DNA of 64,000 bases, taken from Candidatus Hydrogenedentota bacterium (GTDB lineage Bacteria > Hydrogenedentota > Hydrogenedentia > Hydrogenedentales > JAEUWI01). Both the position numbers and the translations under genes were made by a program. The notes beneath the pieces are model-generated. The model saw only the letters and a list, made by a program, of their open reading frames with translations, ran no database searches and was not told the DNA's origin. Location: assembly GCA_034669905.1 (NCBI GenBank), contig JAXMOL010000002.1, positions 189,248 to 253,247 on the forward strand, read 5' to 3'. Of the stretch, positions 37,722 through 47,328 are shown in pieces (position 1 is the stretch's first letter; each line of letters opens with the position of its first letter).

Positions 37722-40298
37722 CTATTTCTTCGGAATCTTAAGCTTCCAACCCAACTGCACATGGTCGGGACTCTTCAGCTTGTTCAGCTCCACAATGGCC
37801 TGCTGGGTCACGCCATACTTCTGGGCGATCCGCCGGAGATTGTCTCCCGGTGACACCACATGAATTTCATAGGTGCCCGGTGCCGGCGCTTCGACGGTCT
37901 CCGCCTTTTCCTCCGGTGCGGCAGCCATGGGGAGGTAGATAGTGAGCGTGCTTCCGGATTCTAACGGCGCATCCACACCGACCAGACCGTTCCAGGCCAC
38001 CACGTCGCTCGCCTGAACGCCATACTGATTGGCCACCGAAGGCACCGTATCCTCGGCCACCACACGGTGAGCCCGCATATCTGTGTCGGGGGGCTGGGGA
38101 GCCTTCTCTGGCGAAGGGACCGGTTCCGCAGGCTCCGGGGTCTCTTCGGGATCCGAACCGGTGATGGGTTCCGCTTCCGGCGCAGGCACGTCCTCTTTCC
38201 CTTCCCCCTCATCGGCTGGCTCTGGGTTGTCCGCGGCCATGGCGGCACTATCCTCTTCAGGCGAAGGGCTTTCTTCCGTCACCTCCTCCGCGGGGGCTTC
38301 CGCTTCCGCCTTCTTTTCCGCCGCCGAAGCCTCCCCTTCCGTTGCGCCGTCTTCTTTCGCTTCAGGACCAACCTTGAGCTTAAACCCGTACTTAATAACC
38401 TGCGAATCCAGGTTATTCCATTTCATGAGATCGGCCACACTCACGTTGTACCGTTTCGACAGGGCCAGGAGTGAATCGCCCTTTTCAATACGGTGCTCGC
38501 GAAACGGCCCGGCTACTTCAGGCGCTTCTTCTTCCGCTTTTTCCGGTTTCACCACCGTGACTTCTTCCGGTGCCTTCTCCTCGGCGTCCGGTTTGGGCTT
38601 GGCATCCGCTTCGACTTCCGGCGTCGCCATTTCCGTTTCCGCTTTGACGTCATCCGACTTCACGTCTTCCGTGGTGGCCGTCTCGGTCTTGTCGGCGGGC
38701 GGCGTGGTATCTTCCGTCGCGGGTTCCTCGGTGCTCCCCCCGTCTGTTTCCGCAGGCACTTCTACCGTGATGGGCAACGTGACCGGCGTTTTCACCATCT
38801 CCTCAGCAGGGGGCTTCACGTCCGTCGTGGATCCCTTCGCCGTATCCGTACCCGCTTCGTCATCTACCTTCGTCTCTTCCGCAGGCTCCTCGGTCTTTTC
38901 GACGGGCTTGGGGTCGACCTTCACGGCATCGGCAGGCGGGGTCGGCTCCGTCGGCGCAGGCACCTCCCGATTCTCTGCCACCTGCACGACCGGCGGCGCA
39001 ACAGGCGCGGGCGACTTGGCCAGTTGGGCCTGCCAGGCATCAAGACGTGCCTGACTCGACTTCAACTGGTCCGACGGAAATCCGGACTGCTCGGAAACCC
39101 GCACGAGGGCCTTGCAAATGGCGGCGAGCTTTTCCCGATTCGCCTCTTTCAACAACACCACGTCACAGCCGCTCCCCAGCGTCGTCACCGCGATGCGCTC
39201 CAGGGGATGCTCGTCGGACACGGGTAAGCTGCCCAGATCATCGGACAGGATGACGCCCGTGAAGCCGAGTTTTTCCCGCAATACAATCTTCAATAGCTTG
39301 GGCGAGCTCGAGGCAGGCCGCTTGGGGTCATCCAACTCGATGCCCGGCACCGCCATGTGGCCCACCAGGATGCCCGGGATGCCCGCTTCGATGGCGTCTT
39401 GGAAAGGCTGTAGCCCCGCTGCCAGGCCGTCCATCTGATTCGCCGGAATATACCACTGCCCCGAATCATCCACAATAGCAAGACCCGCCCCCGGGAAATG
39501 GCCGGCTACCGGAATGACACCGCCGCCACGAAACTGGTCGGTATAGCTCAGACCCAGGCGGGTCACCACATCCGGCTGACTACCCAACGTCGTCTGGCCC
39601 AGTAACGGGGCCGACACGTTAGGCACATAGAGATCCAGAGACGGCGCGATAAATACACCAATGCCATGCTTCCGCGCAGCCCGGGCCTGTTGCCGGGCCG
39701 CCGCAACGGGATCCGCCAGATCCCCCTCGCCCGCCATCTCCAACACCGTCGCCAGCGCTGGTACCGCACGGGTGTCATCATGAAAGACAATTAAGGGCGG
39801 GTCACTCAGGGTGGTGCCCAGCCCAACCGCCTCTTTCAACTGCAACACCAGGGCACCCAGCTGAAGCGGATCCGCCACATTCCGCGGGCCCAGCACAATA
39901 CCGCCCGGCTTGAATTCATTAAGCCATTCGAGGGTTTCCAACGAAGCCTTCGTGCCTTCGATACCCACGAAGACATGCCGCGCCGGCCAGCGCCCCGAAA
40001 CATCGGCGTCGAAACGCGCGGCCATCGGCTCTGGTTCAGGCAGTGCGGGCTCCGGGTCCGGCGTGACCTCAACCGCCTCAGGCGCTGTGTTTTCGGAACC
40101 GGGACCTTCCACTACGGGCGGAGTCGTCTCCTCCCCCGGGACCACCGCGACCTGCTCCTCCGTGGGAACGGCCTCATCCGGGCCCATGGCATCCCGAATG
40201 CCATAGCCCAGGCCCGTGCCCAGCACAATACCGAGCAAGAAAATAGAATAAACGGTCTTAGAAATGGCTGTTGTCTGTGGCTGGTACCTGTGGTTCAC
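37722..40298 (-). CDS. Membrane-anchored degenerate GH3 (NagZ-like) domain, acidic linker and three LysM domains
   Basis: GHFPG, ILVGH, LREKLGFTGVILSDDL; three LysM repeats. Confidence 0.88.
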   Translation of the reverse strand: MNHRYQPQTTAISKTVYSIFLLGIVLGTGLGYGIRDAMGPDEAVPTEEQVAVVPGEETTPPVVEGPGSENTAPEAVEVTPDPEPALPEPEPMAARFDADVSGRWPARHVFVGIEGTKASLETLEWLNEFKPGGIVLGPRNVADPLQLGALVLQLKEAVGLGTTLSDPPLIVFHDDTRAVPALATVLEMAGEGDLADPVAAARQQARAARKHGIGVFIAPSLDLYVPNVSAPLLGQTTLGSQPDVVTRLGLSYTDQFRGGGVIPVAGHFPGAGLAIVDDSGQWYIPANQMDGLAAGLQPFQDAIEAGIPGILVGHMAVPGIELDDPKRPASSSPKLLKIVLREKLGFTGVILSDDLGSLPVSDEHPLERIAVTTLGSGCDVVLLKEANREKLAAICKALVRVSEQSGFPSDQLKSSQARLDAWQAQLAKSPAPVAPPVVQVAENREVPAPTEPTPPADAVKVDPKPVEKTEEPAEETKVDDEAGTDTAKGSTTDVKPPAEEMVKTPVTLPITVEVPAETDGGSTEEPATEDTTPPADKTETATTEDVKSDDVKAETEMATPEVEADAKPKPDAEEKAPEEVTVVKPEKAEEEAPEVAGPFREHRIEKGDSLLALSKRYNVSVADLMKWNNLDSQVIKYGFKLKVGPEAKEDGATEGEASAAEKKAEAEAPAEEVTEESPSPEEDSAAMAADNPEPADEGEGKEDVPAPEAEPITGSDPEETPEPAEPVPSPEKAPQPPDTDMRAHRVVAEDTVPSVANQYGVQASDVVAWNGLVGVDAPLESGSTLTIYLPMAAAPEEKAETVEAPAPGTYEIHVVSPGDNLRRIAQKYGVTQQAIVELNKLKSPDHVQLGWKLKIPKK

Positions 40299-40547
40299 CG
40301 GCCGACCTCCCTGAATCAGTAACGAAAAAACCTACACAATCCGAGCAATTCCGACACCCTGCCCCCGTCGAATTCCTCGAATTCTTCGACTATACCATCT
40401 TACGCCGCAACCATTCATATCGCCCCGACGCGCCGCCCCCGCAGTAGGCACTCCCCACTGCCCCCTTGCCGATGTCCCCCGCGAAAATCTGGCGAAAAAA
40501 AGTGGAAAAGCCTTATCATCATATGGTACTATTTCCAGCACCTTTGA

Positions 40548-40624
40548 GGCGGTGTAGCTCAGTTGGTTAGAGCATCGGAATCATAATCCGAGTGTCCGCG
40601 GTTCGAATCCGTGCACCGCTACCA
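40548..40624 (+). tRNA. tRNA-Met (CAT), elongator type; island integration site
   Basis: GGCGGTG/CACCGCT acceptor stem, AGTTGGTTAG D loop, CAT anticodon, GTTCGAATCC, encoded CCA. Confidence 0.96.
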
Positions 40625-40634
40625 TAATAATATC

Positions 40635-40668
40635 AAGGACTTACGTCATATGGCGTAAGTCCTTTTTT
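40635..40668 (+). terminator. Intrinsic terminator after the tRNA
   Basis: AAGGACTTACG..CGTAAGTCCTT followed by TTTT. Confidence 0.88.
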
Positions 40669-40683
40669 GTGTCGAAACAGACC

Positions 40684-40742
40684 ATCTGTGCCAAATCTGT
40701 GCCAGTTGAGAAATCCGCGATAGTGGCACAGAAATGGCACAG
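40684..40742. repeat. Probable integrase arm-type sites
   Basis: ATCTGTGCCA twice as direct repeats, then TGGCACAG twice inverted; further TGGCACA near 40837. Confidence 0.75.
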
Positions 40743-40867
40743 GAATTTACATGACATAGTAACCACTTAGTAAACAGGGCTTATTCTATTGTCATTCATT
40801 CGGATTGGTTGTCTTTTGTAGTGGTTTGCCGTACACTGGCACAAAACCAACTACAAAAGGGAACATC

Positions 40868-42037
40868 ATGGCCTCAATTCAAGAGCGCATCGACCGAAAC
40901 GGAAAGCCCAGGTACACGGCCCGAATCCGCGTGAACGGTGAGAAACCACACACGGCAACGTTCAACACATTGACGGCGGCGAAGCAATGGGCGCAACGGA
41001 CGGAATCCGATTTGCGACGGGGGCGGCATTTGCCGGACGTGGAAGCCAAGCGCCGGACCTTGGCCGATGCCATTGACCGGTATGAGGAATCGCCGTCCTT
41101 TCGAAACAAGGCACCGGGCACGATTGCATCCCAGAACAAACACCTGACCCACTGGCGCGAAAGCTTGGGACACGTGACACTTTCGCACCTTACCCCTGCC
41201 ACGATTGGCGATGAGCGCGACCGAATAGCGCGGGGTGAGAACCGGAAGGCACCAAAACGGCATCGACCACGAAAAGGCAAGGTCGAAGCCAAGGATGAAA
41301 AATGCGATGCACTCAAGCCCCGGTCTCCGGCAACCGTGGTGCGCTATTTGGCGGCCCTGTCCGCCGTACTGAGCTATACGGTAAACGAATTGCGCTGGAT
41401 AGAGACCAACCCTATCGCGCGCGTATCCAAGCCCAAGGAACCGCGCGGGCGCGTACGCATTCTGGCGGATGAAGAGCGGGAAGCCCTACTCAATGCGTGC
41501 AAGGAATCTGACAATATCCATCTTTATGACATGGTAGCGCTTGCACTGTGTACGGCAGCGCGCAAGGGTGAGTTACGGAGCCTGCAATGGCGTCACGTGG
41601 ATTTTGACCAGCGACGTATCGTACTGGATAAGACGAAGAACGGCGACCGGCGCGTGATTCCGCTTCGGGGCGAAGCCGAGCGTATCCTAAAGGCGCGTTC
41701 CAAAATTCGACGAATTGATAACCCGTATGTATTCCCAGCCCCCTTCAAGCGCGGCAAGGTACCCGGCCCCGTGGACTTTACCCAAGCATGGTATGACGCC
41801 TTAGATGACGCGAACATAGAAGACTTTCGGTTTCACGACCTACGCCACAGCGCGGCATCCTATCTGGCGATGAATGGCGCAACACTGACCGAACTGGCGG
41901 AAGTCTTGGGACACCGGACATTACAAATGGTGAGACGCTATAGCCACCTTACAGAAGCGCATACGGGCGACCTACTAGAACGCATGAATGATTCCATCTT
42001 CAAAACGGAAGTCTTGAACCATGAAAAAAAAGCGTGA
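40868..42037 (+). CDS. int: Tyrosine integrase
   Basis: TAAR, KTKNG, FHDLRH, LGH, MVRRY catalytic set. Confidence 0.96.
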   Translation: MASIQERIDRNGKPRYTARIRVNGEKPHTATFNTLTAAKQWAQRTESDLRRGRHLPDVEAKRRTLADAIDRYEESPSFRNKAPGTIASQNKHLTHWRESLGHVTLSHLTPATIGDERDRIARGENRKAPKRHRPRKGKVEAKDEKCDALKPRSPATVVRYLAALSAVLSYTVNELRWIETNPIARVSKPKEPRGRVRILADEEREALLNACKESDNIHLYDMVALALCTAARKGELRSLQWRHVDFDQRRIVLDKTKNGDRRVIPLRGEAERILKARSKIRRIDNPYVFPAPFKRGKVPGPVDFTQAWYDALDDANIEDFRFHDLRHSAASYLAMNGATLTELAEVLGHRTLQMVRRYSHLTEAHTGDLLERMNDSIFKTEVLNHEKKA

Positions 42038-42716
42038 CAACGGGCTTCTAATGGACACCTATGAGGTGGAGCGCTTAGAATCACAAGAATCCCCAGGTGA
42101 GTACTGGGAAGTAGAGAAAATCACGATTGGCAGCGAGACGTGGTTTGAGGATGCCGTAGCCTATGCCAACGATGCATGGGACAGACTTCGGGCCGATACG
42201 CTGGATTTCGACACCTACAAGGCCCAGGCTGGTATCACCGCCTACGACTGGGGCTGGACTCAATTTGCCATAGCTACAGATTCCCCTACAGAGAAGAGCT
42301 TGGGGGCACTTAAAGAATTGCGAAGTCGACTTCTTTGGTACAAAAAAAAACCACACGACGCCCACGCTTACGAAATCGGCAAGGCGGAAATATTATTACG
42401 CGCACTAATGGATTCGCCCCAAGTGGAACAGGGCCAGAAAAACATTACCGGACGCGAAGGCGGATATAAGACCAAGAGAGAAAAGCGAAAAGTTACGGAT
42501 GCCCTAATTCTTGAAGTGTTTGATGCTAAGGAAGCAAAACACGCAGATAGAGCTACAGAACGCGAACTATGCGCCCATGCGGCAGCGGAACTAAATCGGG
42601 CCGTGAAATCGGGCGACAAGAAGCTAATATCCGTCTTGGTCGATTTAAATAAAGAAGAATTCACAACGGAAATGGTGCGGTTCCGTGTCCAGCGACGCAA
42701 GAAAGAAAGTGGTTGA
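42021..42716 (+). CDS. Hypothetical protein overlapping the integrase end (possible C-terminal HTH)
   Basis: 231-aa ORF located between int and xis. Confidence 0.65.
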   Translation: MKKKRDNGLLMDTYEVERLESQESPGEYWEVEKITIGSETWFEDAVAYANDAWDRLRADTLDFDTYKAQAGITAYDWGWTQFAIATDSPTEKSLGALKELRSRLLWYKKKPHDAHAYEIGKAEILLRALMDSPQVEQGQKNITGREGGYKTKREKRKVTDALILEVFDAKEAKHADRATERELCAHAAAELNRAVKSGDKKLISVLVDLNKEEFTTEMVRFRVQRRKKESG

Positions 42717-42804
42717 GTTGTAAATACACAACCATCCTTATAGTGGTTTACTTCAACTAGAAGGCAATGCCATTGGGGTATTGTTACTAGTTGAGGTTTT
42801 AGAA

Positions 42805-43044
42805 ATGACCACTACAAGAAATCCCGCTACCCCCGCACTCAGATACATCCCACTTTCCCAATGGGACCAACATTTTGCATGGCCCACCGTTTCCGCATTG
42901 CGTTGGTTGGTATACAACGCCCGTAGCAATGGTTTGGAAAAAGCGAACGCAATCCGCCGCGTTGGAAAACGGGTTTTAATAAACCCGGAAAACTTTCATG
43001 CGTGGGTGGACTCAAATCCATCCAGCACGGGCGGCGTGTCATGA
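42805..43044 (+). CDS. Excisionase-like small DNA-binding protein
   Basis: WPT..ALR.L.....NG....IRRVGKRVLIN..F..W; GAGG RBS. Confidence 0.75.
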   Translation: MTTTRNPATPALRYIPLSQWDQHFAWPTVSALRWLVYNARSNGLEKANAIRRVGKRVLINPENFHAWVDSNPSSTGGVS

Positions 43045-43173
43045 AGTGTGAAAGAATGCCCCCCGCTGGTGCGCCAACACCAACAAGGGGCCAAACAGAA
43101 TTAACTTCCAGTTTAAGTATAGCACCGCCCGCCGGGAACGTGTACCCATTACTTAGAACGCGGATTTCATAAT

Positions 43174-44007
43174 ATGGGTGGGTCAATCAGCAATCGCGGC
43201 CACCGGCACCATGAGGGTCACGGCGGCTATTTTTGGCGGAAGGGAGAAGAGTTTCTTCCGCTTACTGTGGAGATGACCACATCAGACTCATGGCGGTCAC
43301 TCACACCAACATCACAGGGTATTCTACTGGATATGCTATGCCATTTCTGGCGATGCACTCGTTCTGACACAGAAGCCGTCAAGGGTGGTTTCTTTCACAC
43401 GTATCGCGACTCCCGGATTGATTGCTCACCACGAACTTTCACCGCCAGCATGGAAGCAATTGTAGACCGTGGGTGGTTTTCGAATTGCAGTGGCAAGCGC
43501 ATCGTACCGCGTTACCGTCCCGGACCCTGGCGGGAATACAAGGACGCCAAGTTGAAGCCCGCAGACGCCACCCAGGGGCGCACAAAGAAGAAAAAAAAGG
43601 CATCGACATGTCTTGGGCATTTTTGGCAGCCCGAACAGGTTTTCAGCCCCATTTCGCATTCGCTTCTGAGGCATGATGCATGGCGCGTGCTATCACCTTC
43701 ATCCCGATGCATCCTATTGGACATGATTCACGTCTACAACGCGGCTACTTTCGGCGACCACAAAACAGGTGGGATAAGCTACACCTTCAAAACATGTCGC
43801 GTGGGCTGTTCGGTGAATACCTTTCATTCCGCCCGTGCCGAAGTCATAGCCGCAAAATGGTTCACATATAAACCGGACGGCGATATCGTTTTTCTGACAC
43901 CCGGACCATGGCGGGACTTCACCGCACCATCGTCGGCAAAATTCAGGAAGAAAAAGAAGGCGAAGGCAAGGTACCTCAAGAAACAGAAGGCACGCCTGAG
44001 ACAATAG
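43174..44007 (+). CDS. Putative replication protein with a tandemly duplicated winged-helix-like domain
   Basis: Two repeats of D.WR.L.P.S..ILLDM...GG.......CS..TF......WF...PGPWR, each followed by a Lys-rich run. Confidence 0.6.
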   Translation: MGGSISNRGHRHHEGHGGYFWRKGEEFLPLTVEMTTSDSWRSLTPTSQGILLDMLCHFWRCTRSDTEAVKGGFFHTYRDSRIDCSPRTFTASMEAIVDRGWFSNCSGKRIVPRYRPGPWREYKDAKLKPADATQGRTKKKKKASTCLGHFWQPEQVFSPISHSLLRHDAWRVLSPSSRCILLDMIHVYNAATFGDHKTGGISYTFKTCRVGCSVNTFHSARAEVIAAKWFTYKPDGDIVFLTPGPWRDFTAPSSAKFRKKKKAKARYLKKQKARLRQ

Positions 44008-44018
44008 GGCACCCCAAG

Positions 44019-44160
44019 AATTGCGACGTACAACCCTCAATAATTGCGGCGTACAACCCTGGGATTATGAAGCCGCACTCCCAAAAAATGCGACGCTAGA
44101 AGGCCATGAACCACGAAAAATAACGCCCAAAAAATGCGGTGAACTTATATATAACCATAT
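44019..44160. repeat. Iteron-like repeats plus AT-rich tract (candidate origin)
   Basis: AATTGCG(A/G)CGTACAACCCT twice, CCAAAAAATGCG twice, then TTATATATAACCATAT. Confidence 0.55.
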
Positions 44161-45045
44161 GGACCCGCTGTTTGAATACTTCCACACCAACCAACAACCC
44201 GACCCCTTCAACACTTGCACGTTCCGTAACCAATGGACCATACCCAACCCCGGCCCCGTAGTTTCGATAAGAACACCAACACGTTCCCCAGTACCACACC
44301 TAAAGCCCGTACCCAAGCCAACAGGGGAAAATTGAAAAAACGAAACTATGAATTACGTTAGACTAGAAAATCGATCCCTTTACAAAGAACACCAGTCCAA
44401 CTCCAAGCAGCGTCATCACACACGCCAATAAACGCCCGCAAGCGGCCCGTACGGACGATTCACAACCCAACCCGAACGACTTTGCCACACCGGCAGAAAA
44501 AACCCTTAGAATCGATTCTGAAACGAACGACCATTTTGGCGCGTTATCGACATAACGCCGCCCGGAAACCATGCGCACGCCGGGCGTGAGTACCCGACGC
44601 TTCCGACCACCCCGAAGAAATATTCAATTTTTCGATCTTTCAATCTAATCACCACCCCGCCCGAATAATTATACAAACACCTACACATTCCCCCCCTTCG
44701 ACACGTACCCCCCATGCTTCCCTTCACCCCGTTCGACATGTGCCCATTGCCGAGCCGCACCATCAAGGGCATCTCCGACCACGAGATGTACCGCACGTTC
44801 CAGCAAACCATCAAGGAAGCCGCCGACACCGTAGGAGTGCCGCCGGTGTGGTTTGATGATAATTGGGCCGAACGAAGCTAATAGACAGACCACGTCAGTG
44901 GCCCCGTTGATGGTGGTCTTACTTTGCCCGTACGCGCCCGCAATCGCCCCGTAAGCCACGAAGTCGACCCCGGCAATGTAAAGATGCCCCAAACCGCTGA
45001 AATCCCGTGCAATCGAAACCAGAACCGAAAAGAAAGGCTAATAAA

Positions 45046-45372
45046 ATGGGTGAAGAATTTAGACCCGAAGAATTGAGCCGAATAATGGCGGACCCCCGAT
45101 ATTCAGAAATTCCTATGCCCTGTATGCACTACAAAAATTTGGTGAACATAGGAAACCAGTTCGACGCCGGAGGCTGGACGTGCAAGGCGTTTCCTGAACA
45201 GATTCCGAATGACATCATGGCCCTGCAAAATCCCCACACCGAAAAGGTACCATCACAAATAGGCGATTCCCTTTATGACCCGAAAATCTACAAAGAAGAC
45301 CATTCCGGACGCGAATGGCACTATACGGCGGATGCCACTTGGAAATTCGTAGACACCGGCACGAAGGAATAA
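45046..45372 (+). CDS. Small phage-type protein with CxAFPxxIP motif
   Basis: AAAGG RBS; C..Y..CKAFPEQIPNDI....H. Confidence 0.65.
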   Translation: MGEEFRPEELSRIMADPRYSEIPMPCMHYKNLVNIGNQFDAGGWTCKAFPEQIPNDIMALQNPHTEKVPSQIGDSLYDPKIYKEDHSGREWHYTADATWKFVDTGTKE

Positions 45373-45962
45373 AGATTCATAGATTCAAAAAACCAAACGA
45401 ATCGAAGTCAACTCACCGAAGAAACGGACAAATCAGAAAGACCACCCGGAAGACCAAGTTTTCAATAATTCGAAAAAGCAAGCGGGCAATCAACACCACC
45501 AGGAACGCGCAACCAAGCCCCGTCAAACGAGGAAAACGAAAGGTTTTTTCAATATGCAATTTGGGGCTAAAAGGGGATGACAAGTAGAAAGAGCCCCACA
45601 CCGTCATTCCCCACCAGTAAGCCCGCAACAAGGGGCACACCCAGAAAACGCGGCAGCGGCCAACCACGGGCGTGATATGGGCGAAGTAGGTCATATGCCC
45701 AAGCTAAACTTGGGTAAAAGGCGCTCGATTTCCTTATAGCTTCCGGCTCAAAAAGATGTATCCTTCATACTTCTTTTCCGCGTAACATTTGTAACAACCG
45801 AATTCGCCAAGAAAAGCCCAAAGCGCAGCAGGAAGGACGCTATTACGACCAGGCGGATAGGGTGCGAAAAAGGCACGGCGCGCACGGTTCAGATGATGTG
45901 ATAGCATGTGCCTTAGTTGACGTGCAATTCACGCTCAATTTCCTACGCCGTCTGCAACATAA

Positions 45963-47060
45963 TTGGGAGTTTTCATATTGGCGTTGAACGCTGAGAAATT
46001 GGAACTGTTTCCGGGATATCAAGATTGCATATCCCCGGAAGTGAAGGAGGCAATTGACACCCTTGCAGCGGCGGAAGGTGCGGAAGGACGGGGGGCAATT
46101 TTCACCCGTGCCGAAGTGGTCGACTTCATTCTTGACCTGATTGGCTATACCAAAGACAAGCCGTTGCATTAATTTCGAATCCTTGAACCGTCATTCGGCG
46201 GCGGGGAATTCTTACGTGCCATCGTGCGGCGTCTATTGCATTCTTGGAAGATTCGGAATGCCAATTCCCCTTTGACGGATTTGGGACTGTCTATCCGGGC
46301 CGTTGAGTTGCATCGCGAAACCTTCGACGCGACTCGAAAGCTACTTCTTCAAGACATGCGCCTTCTCGGTTTGACCGAGAAAACTGCAACCGAGTTATGC
46401 AACGTCTGGTTGATTCAGGGGGACTTCCTTCTTTCACCGATGGATGGGGAGTTTAACTTTGTTGCCGGGAATCCGCCCTACGTTCGATCCGAACGAATCC
46501 CGAATACTTTGTTGAAAGTGTATCGCCAAAGATTCAAATCTATGTATGACCGTTCGGACTTGTACGTTCCCTTTATAGAGCGGTCAATGTCATTGCTTGC
46601 AGACAAGGGCACGCTGGGATTTATATGTGCCGACCGATGGACCAAAAACAAGTGTGGTGGACCGCTGCGAAATCTAGTGTCGGACGGCTTTCATCTAAAA
46701 ATCTACGTCGATATGGTGAACACGTCGGCATTCCATAGCGATGTCATTGCTTACCCGGCCATCACGGTAATTGGCCGTGAAAAAGCCGGGCCAACGCGTG
46801 TTGCACACAGTCCGGAGATCGAACGAAAAGAACTATCGACGTTGGCAAAAAGCCTTGTGTCTGTCCCCGCGTCGAAATTGAAAGATTCCGTTAGGGAAAT
46901 GGGTTCCGTGGTAAATGGTTCCGAACCGTGGTTGTTGGAAGCCCTGGACCAAATGGAGTTGATACGACGGCTTGAACGCGACTTCCCAACCATTGAGCAA
47001 GTAGGCTGCAAGGTTGGTATCGGCGTTGCGACCAAGGCCGGGACAATTATTCAATGTTGA
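45963..47060 (+). pseudogene. N6-adenine DNA methyltransferase (Eco57I/PaeR7I-like) with in-frame stop and 3' truncation
   Basis: GAIFT..KPLH*FRILEPSFGGGEFL with TAA at 46170-46172 in frame; GNPPYVR, DLYVPFIE; ends soon after KVGIGVAT. Confidence 0.87.
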
Positions 47061-47176
47061 GAATAGGGAAAAGCAAGCACTCTAGAGCCCCTGAGTGAAT
47101 TGGTAGAAACGGCGCATTTGCCACCCATTATATTTGGGACAACTCAGCCCGCACTGGTGGCCCCACTGGTGCACTA

Positions 47177-47205
47177 TTGCCAGTTGAACTCCGAATAGAT
47201 ATACT
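47177..47205 (+). promoter_or_regulatory. Sigma70 promoter of the defence operon
   Basis: TTGCCA-N17-TATACT. Confidence 0.7.
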
Positions 47206-47226
47206 GTTGGGCGCACTTGAGGAACT

Positions 47227-47242
47227 TGTAACATTTGTTACA
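47227..47242. promoter_or_regulatory. Operator-like palindrome TGTAACA-TT-TGTTACA
   Basis: Just downstream of the predicted TSS; near-copy at 45782-45796. Confidence 0.55.
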
Positions 47243-47328
47243 GGAACGTTACCTGAGCTTTCGGCTTAGCGGGCCAAGGGTAGTTTGAGAGGGCCGTGAC
47301 CATCGGAGATCGGGGGGGAATTTAGAAC

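Noticed and set aside
36500..39227. Long Ser/Ala- or Arg-rich ORFs overlapping the coiled-coil and LysM genes
   Set aside because: Opposite-strand frames of low-complexity genes
46170..46172. Programmed stop-codon readthrough in the methyltransferase
   Set aside because: TAA is a poor readthrough codon and the gene is also 3'-truncated, so decay is simpler
46174..46182. TTCGAATCC as an attR copy of the tRNA T-loop
   Set aside because: Only 9 bp, inside coding sequence, and not followed by the tRNA 3' end
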